A DNA stretch of 29,945 nt from the IMG/VR virus record IMGVR_UViG_3300028898_000252, positions 1 to 29,945 of that record; one strand, given 5' to 3'. Under the pieces are notes generated by a model. That model had not been told where the DNA came from. It saw only the letters and a list, made by a program, of their open reading frames with translations, and did no database searches. This stretch comes from a virus. Taxonomy: Duplodnaviria; Heunggongvirae; Uroviricota; Caudoviricetes. This document shows positions 24,188-29,945 of this stretch, piece after piece (position 1 is the first letter of the stretch; every line of letters starts with the position of its first letter). The translations under genes and the position numbers were made by a program.

Positions 24188-24250
24188 CTATTTCTTTAAC
24201 AACGAATAATACGATACCAATACTAATCCAATCAAAATCATCAGTTCCAT
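24188..24250 (-). CDS. 20-aa hydrophobic peptide or frameshifted N-terminus
   Basis: MELMILIGLVLVSYYSLLKK*, the first ATG after the promoter at 24292-24319. Confidence 0.45.
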   Translation of the reverse strand: MELMILIGLVLVSYYSLLKK

Positions 24251-24291
24251 GTTTTATCTTCTTTCTTGTTAGATGTTGCCCCCACACTCCC

Positions 24292-24319
24292 ACCATAAGC
24301 ACGACGTCGGCGCGCACAA
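24292..24319 (-). promoter_or_regulatory. Promoter TTGTGC-N16-TATGGT
   Basis: Same 28-bp geometry; weak -35; lies inside a GC-rich island. Confidence 0.45.
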
Positions 24320-24402
24320 TCCCCCGCAGGACAATCTTAGATTAATTCTGGTTCGCCCGCTGCGAGGGCTCAAGGGACTCGACAGACATGTCGGCGGGTG
24401 TT

Positions 24403-24711
24403 TTAGCCGCGAACCAAATTGGTCACATATCCAGTTGAATAATCATAAACTTTAACTGTCTCAATGTATTTTTCGCCAAGTAAATCATAAACAAGTGCAA
24501 CCTCTTTTTCTTTGCAACCTTCAACAACCGCAGAAGCTCGATCTTCGCAAACATCTCTTGTTAAAATAGTACAAGCTTCTTTGTTATTGTTTGCTGATAA
24601 AATTTCTAATTGAAAATCCATTTCATCTGCTTCTTTTTTAAGATCATTATAGGTGATTTTTTTATCCTTGAGTTTTTTGAGAAGAGTTTCGAATTTTTCG
24701 GTGTTTGTCAT
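24403..24711 (-). CDS. Hypothetical protein
   Basis: 102-aa ORF. Confidence 0.8.
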   Translation of the reverse strand: MTNTEKFETLLKKLKDKKITYNDLKKEADEMDFQLEILSANNNKEACTILTRDVCEDRASAVVEGCKEKEVALVYDLLGEKYIETVKVYDYSTGYVTNLVRG

Positions 24712-24736
24712 TTGGAACTCACTTTCTTTGTTATGT

Positions 24737-24764
24737 TTGACAGTTATGTCCTCATACTTATTTT
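24737..24764 (+). promoter_or_regulatory. Promoter TTGACA-N16-TATTTT, overlapping an ATACTTA motif
   Basis: Ends 5 nt before the kinase ATG (24770). Confidence 0.5.
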
Positions 24765-24769
24765 CTGTA

Positions 24770-25381
24770 ATGAACCTTTTTAATATAATCTTCGAAAAAC
24801 TCTCTGTAAATACGGAGGCAAAAGTTTTGTCTCAGGTTCTAGCTAAAAAATCCTCTCATAAAGAAGTTCTTGAATTTTGTTCTTCTAGGTTTCCATTAAT
24901 TGGTGAAGGCTTTTCGAGAAAAGTATTTGATGCTGGGGAAGGTATTGTTATTAAAGTTGCCGCGACTGAATTTAACACAAACCAAAACAAAAGAGAAATC
25001 GAACTAAAAGAAACTTGCCACGCAGACAAGTATTTTACAAAAATTTTCTCATATGATTTAGTTGGTTTCATTTGGTTGATTGCGGAAAAACTAAAACCTG
25101 TAGCGTCAGAAGAAGAATTTCGCGAAATAATTTTAACCAAACTTAAAGGAATTGATTCGGAAGTTTTTAGAGCAATCCAAATAAACAAAAATCCTTCTGA
25201 TACTTTTATTGGTGTTGTAATCGAAGTTATGAACAAAGACAATGATTTTAAGGTTAATCGTTGGCTTGCGAATTTTTGCGAAGTTTTAAATAGTTGCAAA
25301 ATTGATCCAAGTGACTTTACTCCAGAAAATTGGGGAATCCGTTCAAATGGTGAACTTGTTGTTTTGGATTATGGCTTATGA
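24770..25381 (+). CDS. Minimal protein kinase-like protein
   Basis: IGEGFSRKVF (Gly loop), VIKVA, REIE (helix C Glu), DFTPENWG (DxxxxN), VVLDYG; ends right after DYG. Confidence 0.88.
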   Translation: MNLFNIIFEKLSVNTEAKVLSQVLAKKSSHKEVLEFCSSRFPLIGEGFSRKVFDAGEGIVIKVAATEFNTNQNKREIELKETCHADKYFTKIFSYDLVGFIWLIAEKLKPVASEEEFREIILTKLKGIDSEVFRAIQINKNPSDTFIGVVIEVMNKDNDFKVNRWLANFCEVLNSCKIDPSDFTPENWGIRSNGELVVLDYGL

Positions 25382-25791
25382 GGATAAAAGTTATCTTCAA
25401 CGCATTCGTTTACTTTAAGCCTTGTCAAGAATACTTTTCCTAAATCATAAGAATATCGATTGTCCCCTGTTGTGATTCTTTTAAAGAATTCTTGATAAGC
25501 CTTTAAAGAATGATCAAGTTTATTTAACTGCCAAAGATGTTTAGAAGCAGTTTCTATCTCCTTTTGCATTTCTAAATTTATAGAATTATTTTCTTCTTCA
25601 GAAAGAGTATTTGCGAATCCACTTTCTCCTCGAAGATTTTTTTCGTTGTTTTCAATACAGTTTTCAAAATATTTTTGGGTGTATTCTTTTAAATAATCAA
25701 GGGCGAATAACTCGGAAGAAAAAACACCAAGAAAGGTAATGCTATAATAAGCAGCGGGGCAAACATGAAGGGCATAAAAATCAGATTCCAT
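25369..25791 (-). CDS. FSSE-family hypothetical protein
   Basis: MESDFYAL...FLGVFSSELFALDYLKEY. Confidence 0.85.
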   Translation of the reverse strand: MESDFYALHVCPAAYYSITFLGVFSSELFALDYLKEYTQKYFENCIENNEKNLRGESGFANTLSEEENNSINLEMQKEIETASKHLWQLNKLDHSLKAYQEFFKRITTGDNRYSYDLGKVFLTRLKVNECVEDNFYPHKP

Positions 25792-26171
25792 TAGCTTTTG
25801 TACTTTCCAGACACGTTACTTGTGTTTTTCAACACTTCATTAATTCTATGTCGAACTATAGCATAGTCTTCCATTCCACCACTTATAGTTTTAATAAACT
25901 CTCTTAAAGAGTCTTGAGTGGGAGAAAGTGTTTTCAGTTTTTCTAAATCTCTTTTTATAGAATCAATAGAAAGATATGATAATTCTGATTCAAATTCAGT
26001 TGAGTTATTATTTGTAATTTGTGCTTCATGTTCCAGAATTGCCTTTTCAATTTTTCTTTGATAGAAATCTTTAAGGTAATCCAAAACAAACAACTCAGAT
26101 GAAAATGTTCCTATAAAAGAAATTGTTTTATTGGCGTTAAGCATAAAAAGTGAATAAAGTTCAGACTCCAT
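25791..26171 (-). CDS. FSSE-family hypothetical protein (tandem paralog)
   Basis: MESELYSL...FIGTFSSELFVLDYLKDF. Confidence 0.85.
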   Translation of the reverse strand: MESELYSLFMLNANKTISFIGTFSSELFVLDYLKDFYQRKIEKAILEHEAQITNNNSTEFESELSYLSIDSIKRDLEKLKTLSPTQDSLREFIKTISGGMEDYAIVRHRINEVLKNTSNVSGKYKS

Positions 26172-26183
26172 GATTATTTCCTT

Positions 26184-26519
26184 TCATTTTTCTTTTTGGT
26201 CTAAAATTTTATCAACGTGTTCTTCGTGTGCTTTTAATGTTTTATCAATAAAATTTTTAAACTCTTCGAGCTGCCTAACACCTAGAATAATATCTTCGTA
26301 ATGCCCGTATTTTTGAGGAGTCCCAAACAAGATATATTTTATTCCATACCAAAGTCTTTTATGAAATGGAAGTTTGTTTAAACTAACAGAAAGTATAACT
26401 TGTAGAGGAAGAACTTCAGATTCATAAAAATCTAAAACGACTAAATGATTAAGGTCGCCGCATCTACACGTTAGATATGCTTTTTCATCTTCCATGTCTT
26501 GAAAAGCTTTTTCTTTCAT
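26184..26519 (-). CDS. Conserved phage hypothetical protein
   Basis: CRCGDLNHLV...FHKRLWYGIKYILFG...YEDIIL; start probably MKEKAF (26519). Confidence 0.8.
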   Translation of the reverse strand: MKEKAFQDMEDEKAYLTCRCGDLNHLVVLDFYESEVLPLQVILSVSLNKLPFHKRLWYGIKYILFGTPQKYGHYEDIILGVRQLEEFKNFIDKTLKAHEEHVDKILDQKEK

Positions 26520-26526
26520 TTTTTTA

Positions 26527-26925
26527 TCATTCCTCTTCTTCAATGTCTTCTTCGTCAATGTCTTTTTTAAAATATTCTTGAAGGGACCTTGCTATTCTCG
26601 AAGAATGGCAGTAATACCAAGTATTGGTTTCTTGATCTAGCCAGTATTGGTATTCTTCCCCAATACTTTTATATTCGTCAAGAGATGAATATGTTGCAGC
26701 TTCAACATCTTGTTCGCCGCGATCAACATAATATACAGAACTTTCAGGAGATTCTCCTAGAGAAGACATATCCCCTTTCAACATAAGGGATTCAACTTTT
26801 TCAACTGAATTATAAAACTCCAAAAGTTTACTTCCGACTTCATCTGGATAGCCGTCCCAATGACAATAAACGGCTTTTACTGTGCCGTCTTTATAAAGAA
26901 CTCCGATTCTTGATCTTGTTGCCAT
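26527..26925 (-). CDS. Conserved phage protein (YCHWDGYP family)
   Basis: MATRSRIG...VYCHWDGYP...GSKLLEFY...GDMSSLG...EEYQY. Confidence 0.9.
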   Translation of the reverse strand: MATRSRIGVLYKDGTVKAVYCHWDGYPDEVGSKLLEFYNSVEKVESLMLKGDMSSLGESPESSVYYVDRGEQDVEAATYSSLDEYKSIGEEYQYWLDQETNTWYYCHSSRIARSLQEYFKKDIDEEDIEEEE

Positions 26926-27181
26926 GTTTTTTCTCTTTCTTTTTTCTGATTACTTCAATTTCTGATTTGTCTTCGCAATATATACTTTCATATGGTGGCG
27001 GTGCTCGAAAACCTCCGCACGAACCATCCCCACACATACACATAACACCGCGACCTAAATGACAAGGGCAGTCACAAGGTTTAGGACCATCAAAACTTTT
27101 TGTATTTGCTGTTTCCACATACGAGTGAGATTGTTTTTCTGAACAATCAACAGATTGAATTTTTTTCATAACCTCAACCAT
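26891..27181 (-). CDS. Cys-rich hypothetical protein
   Basis: PCDCPCH...CMCGDGSCGG; start at 27181 or 27169. Confidence 0.65.
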   Translation of the reverse strand: MVEVMKKIQSVDCSEKQSHSYVETANTKSFDGPKPCDCPCHLGRGVMCMCGDGSCGGFRAPPPYESIYCEDKSEIEVIRKKKEKKHGNKIKNRSSL

Positions 27182-27200
27182 ATGAAATATTCTGCTTATG

Positions 27201-27452
27201 TCAACAAGCCGCAATAATTTTACCAATTACTTTTTTGAAAACAGGAACACCTTTGTAATTGATTTCCTTGAAAGGAAAAGATTCCATGTCTTTTTTGGTT
27301 TCGAAATAAACAACAAACCCAAGATCCCCTTCGGAACATTCGGATTTACTATCTAAATCAACTCCAATCCCGCAACCATTTGAATATTCAGACACATTAT
27401 ATTCTTTCATGAATTCTTCATGAAGTTCTTTTAACTTCTCTTTGTTTTGCAT
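27201..27452 (-). CDS. Small hypothetical protein
   Basis: GCGIG...FVVYF...YKGVPVFKKVIGKI; recalled as a domain often found N-terminal to serine proteases, standalone here. Confidence 0.75.
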   Translation of the reverse strand: MQNKEKLKELHEEFMKEYNVSEYSNGCGIGVDLDSKSECSEGDLGFVVYFETKKDMESFPFKEINYKGVPVFKKVIGKIIAAC

Positions 27453-27467
27453 TGTTTTTTCTGCCTC

Positions 27468-28016
27468 TCAAAAACCTTCGTTTATATAAATTTCTTTAAC
27501 ACTAAAACTAAACCATCCAACTTGGCTAACAGCTGTCTGAAAATCAGAAATCGTGCTAATTTTGGTTATATCATCAAAAATTGCCAACTTAGATTCTTTA
27601 TCTTTTTGATCCAAACGGTTTGCAAATTTTTTGTATTCTTCAATAAGAGCTTCAAGAGCATGAGACTCAGAAGAAAAAATCCTTCTTCGCTCTTCGCTTA
27701 ATGGAAATCGATCTCCAGACAAATAAATTTCATCAAGTGTTACAAGAAAAGCATGTTCTCTTGAAGTTTCGGTTGATTTATGAAGAGGACACCAGTGGGG
27801 TGTTTGTATCTTGTCCCGCCATTCAACAGCTCCAGCAATCTTTTTATCTTCTGCTGCAATACAGATCCAGTCAACCATTCTATCCCATCCATCAGAACTA
27901 AAAGGATTTGTTTCTACTTTATTTGGACAAGAAGAACATTCGATCTTTAATACAGGAAGTTTTTTAGATGCCGAAGCCATTATGTTTGTTCCTTCTGTTT
28001 TGGAGTAAGAGGACAT
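27468..28016 (-). CDS. Cys-rich N-terminal domain fused to an FSSE-family domain
   Basis: CSSCP...WIC...PHWCPL, then IFSSESHALEALIEEY...FSVKEIYINE. Confidence 0.85.
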   Translation of the reverse strand: MSSYSKTEGTNIMASASKKLPVLKIECSSCPNKVETNPFSSDGWDRMVDWICIAAEDKKIAGAVEWRDKIQTPHWCPLHKSTETSREHAFLVTLDEIYLSGDRFPLSEERRRIFSSESHALEALIEEYKKFANRLDQKDKESKLAIFDDITKISTISDFQTAVSQVGWFSFSVKEIYINEGF

Positions 28017-28023
28017 TTTCTCT

Positions 28024-28051
28024 AGTGTAAGACCTCCGCAGGTCGAATCAA
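28024..28051 (-). promoter_or_regulatory. Promoter TTGATT-N16-TACACT with palindromic spacer
   Basis: Spacer contains GACCT-GCGG-AGGTC; the -10 ends 7 nt before the ATG at 28016. Confidence 0.65.
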
Positions 28052-28068
28052 CCCAAGATCGGATTTGT

Positions 28069-28491
28069 TTATTCTTTTGGTTTTTCTTGAGACCTTATTA
28101 ATGCAAACAATGCATCATACTCAAGTTTTTGTTTGTAAGCAGGATTTTTATTCATTTCAATTCTTTCCTCAAAGTGTTTGCATCCAACTTTAGCGGCAGC
28201 CTCCATAAACTTTTCTCTTACAATCAACTCTTTCCTAAGAACATATCCTTTTGCTGTAATTGGATCTCTAACAGATTCATTCTTTTCCCCTCTAGCCTCT
28301 AAAATTTCACCAAGCTCTTTATATGTCACCTCAACACAAATCTTGCACCTTATGCAAGCATACCTAATTCCATCTTTTTCAGAATCTCCTCGAACCAATC
28401 CACAGGATTTTGCCCATCCAGGTTCATAATGAGGATTTAATCCTTTTAATACTCTCTCTGTAAACTCTTGTTCAGTTTCGGTGTTTTCCAT
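28069..28491 (-). CDS. Hypothetical protein with Cys motif
   Basis: CIRCKIC...GCKH. Confidence 0.8.
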   Translation of the reverse strand: MENTETEQEFTERVLKGLNPHYEPGWAKSCGLVRGDSEKDGIRYACIRCKICVEVTYKELGEILEARGEKNESVRDPITAKGYVLRKELIVREKFMEAAAKVGCKHFEERIEMNKNPAYKQKLEYDALFALIRSQEKPKE

Positions 28492-28501
28492 TTTAGTATT
28501 C

Positions 28502-28801
28502 TCAGTATCCGTATTCTTGTTTAAAGAAGTTTTCCAACTCCCTTAATAAAGAATTAAGTTTTAACAATGTTTTTCTTTGTTCTTCATTTGAACCTACTCC
28601 ATTAAAGAATTTAACATCAGAACTCATTGCTAACCTAATACAGTTTAGGACAACTGGACAAATATCGTTGTCTCGCTCTGTTTTATCTAGAATGTTTCCA
28701 TTAAGTTTTATTTCGGCGTAGCCAAGAGCATACTTCGCTTGGGCAGTTAAAACCTTATCTTTTAATAAAGTAATTTCTTGTTTTAGTTCAACGAGAGTCA
28801 T
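28502..28801 (-). CDS. Hypothetical protein
   Basis: 99-aa ORF with ATGA overlap. Confidence 0.75.
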   Translation of the reverse strand: MTLVELKQEITLLKDKVLTAQAKYALGYAEIKLNGNILDKTERDNDICPVVLNCIRLAMSSDVKFFNGVGSNEEQRKTLLKLNSLLRELENFFKQEYGY

Positions 28802-29265
28802 TTGTTGGTTCTTGATGAATCAGCCAAAGAAACATTTTGGCGCAATAAAGAATTATCGTCTTTTTGTTTCTGTATTGCTAATTTTAGATCAGCAATTTCG
28901 TTAAGTTCAACTTCTAAAGTTCCAACATCATAATTTGAAAAGAATTCTATTCCTGGTCCATTGGAATAGGGGCTTGTTTTTAATACAAGTTTGTTAAACT
29001 CATTGAATAGTTTACTTTTGTTTTGATAAATAGAAGGAAGACTTGTTGAGTTTTCTTGAAACCATTTTAAGAGATCTGGCAAATTTTCTTTTATTGCCTC
29101 CCTAGTATTGAAATTGTAATCTGTATAATCAGATTCGGTTGCCGTTAAAACTAAACTCTGAACAATTCCTTCTATCGCCAGAGCTTGTGAAGAAAATATT
29201 CCTATTAACTTAATAGGTTCTATCATTGTTTTTGTATTCCATATTAGTGCTAGATAAAGCTTCAT
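28798..29265 (-). CDS. FSSE-family hypothetical protein
   Basis: MKLYLAL...LIGIFSSQALAIEGI...LEVELNEI. Confidence 0.85.
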   Translation of the reverse strand: MKLYLALIWNTKTMIEPIKLIGIFSSQALAIEGIVQSLVLTATESDYTDYNFNTREAIKENLPDLLKWFQENSTSLPSIYQNKSKLFNEFNKLVLKTSPYSNGPGIEFFSNYDVGTLEVELNEIADLKLAIQKQKDDNSLLRQNVSLADSSRTNK

Positions 29266-29303
29266 TCTATTCTTTCTTTGACAAGATGATATTTAACAGT
29301 GTT

Positions 29304-29795
29304 ATGATTCCTAGCCTATCCAAGTTTATTTTTGAAGACCTTCAAGAAACAACCGTTGACAACAAGTTTAATTTTGGTCCTGTTTATCACGGAGGAACCT
29401 GGGATGGTATAAAATCAATAAAAGTAAATGGGCGAGGAGCTTTGGGAGTTGGTGCATATTTCACTCCCGATAAAAGTGTTGCCGAGGATTATGCCGCCGA
29501 AGCAGGTGGCAAGGTAGTTGAAACATTTTTATCAATTAAAAATCCTCTTAAGATATATTCAATAAAAGGAGATGGGAAACATCCAGTATCAGAAGCTTTT
29601 ATTAGTTTAGGAATGGAGGCAAACAAAGCTTATTCCCTTGTTGAAAAAATAGAAGAAAAACATGGTTATGTTGGAACCCAACTCAAAACTCTTGCGGTTT
29701 TAAAAGGTTTTGATTCTATCTTTCAATACTTTAATGGAAACTTACGAGAAATTGTTGTTTGGAATAAAGAACAAGTTAAACTTGTTGAGAAGTAA
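29304..29795 (+). CDS. ADP-ribosyltransferase-like protein (ART-PolyVal-like, H-Y-E pattern)
   Basis: VYHGG, GVGAYFTPDKSVAEDYA, VVETFLSIKNPL, GFDSI, REIVVW; start at 29304 or 29286. Confidence 0.85.
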   Translation: MIPSLSKFIFEDLQETTVDNKFNFGPVYHGGTWDGIKSIKVNGRGALGVGAYFTPDKSVAEDYAAEAGGKVVETFLSIKNPLKIYSIKGDGKHPVSEAFISLGMEANKAYSLVEKIEEKHGYVGTQLKTLAVLKGFDSIFQYFNGNLREIVVWNKEQVKLVEK

Positions 29796-29945
29796 TATTT
29801 TTGAGAGCTTGTTCGACAACTTCTATTGGAATAGAAAGTTCATTAACGAAACAATAATCATCAGAGGTTTCTTTTAATTCATTACGTTTTTTGTCTGCCG
29901 CAGTTCTATCGGCATACTGTTCAATCAAAACAGTCTCATACCTTG
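29776..29945 (-). CDS. 3' end of a hypothetical gene entering from the right edge
   Basis: ...RYETVLIEQYADRTAADKKRNELK...KNITSQQV*; overlaps the ART gene's 3' end by 20 bp. Confidence 0.7.
   Translation of the reverse strand, partial: RYETVLIEQYADRTAADKKRNELKETSDDYCFVNELSIPIEVVEQALKNITSQQV

Noticed and set aside
649-28429. Plus-strand track ORFs such as 6167..6670, 7672..8034, 17375..17749, 23848..24183, and nested minus ORFs such as 24856..25299 and 13240..13464
   Set aside because: They are antisense or alternative-frame shadows of better genes or RNAs, with F/L/S-rich composition and no motifs.
1-29945. CRISPR array, integrase, transposase, intron or intein, retron or DGR
   Set aside because: No regularly spaced repeats, recombinase or RT motifs, or splicing motifs seen. 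The LKPGD…NH.V segment resembles part of a Hint domain but lacks the terminal Cys/His-Asn.
1-29945. Eukaryotic giant-virus origin suggested by the UAU and AGA anticodons
   Set aside because: Bacterial IF3, sigma70-like promoters, AAAGGA RBSs, lipoboxes, coupled operons and a long-arm tRNA-Tyr all point to a bacteriophage.

Overview
The window looks like part of a large (jumbo or huge) bacteriophage genome. It is AT-rich (roughly 30% GC by eye) and densely packed with about 65 mostly short genes, almost all on the minus strand, often coupled by ATGA/TAATG overlaps and preceded by AAAGGA-type RBSs. No structural, replication, integrase or CRISPR genes are present, so it reads as an early/middle accessory region. 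Recognisable genes: translation initiation factor IF3, a metallophosphoesterase, cytidine deaminase, a DUF2505-like START-fold protein, two lipoproteins, a GT2-TPR glycosyltransferase, a 2OG-Fe(II) oxygenase flanked by two DUF2283-like genes, and a SAM methyltransferase. There are four tRNAs; two have anticodons very rare in bacteria, Ile(UAU) and Ser(AGA). Only two convincing genes are on the plus strand, a minimal protein kinase and an ADP-ribosyltransferase-like protein. They share an N-terminal L-x-x-(I/F)-I-F-E-x-L motif and an upstream ATAYTTA motif, suggesting co-regulated, possibly virion-packaged effectors. Other features: seven sigma70-like promoters with an exact 16-bp spacer, several structured non-coding segments, a GC-rich patch inside cdd, and four reading-frame breaks between 18.3 and 24.3 kb that all need a -1 shift. 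All functional calls come from motif recognition by eye; no database searches or folding programs were run.
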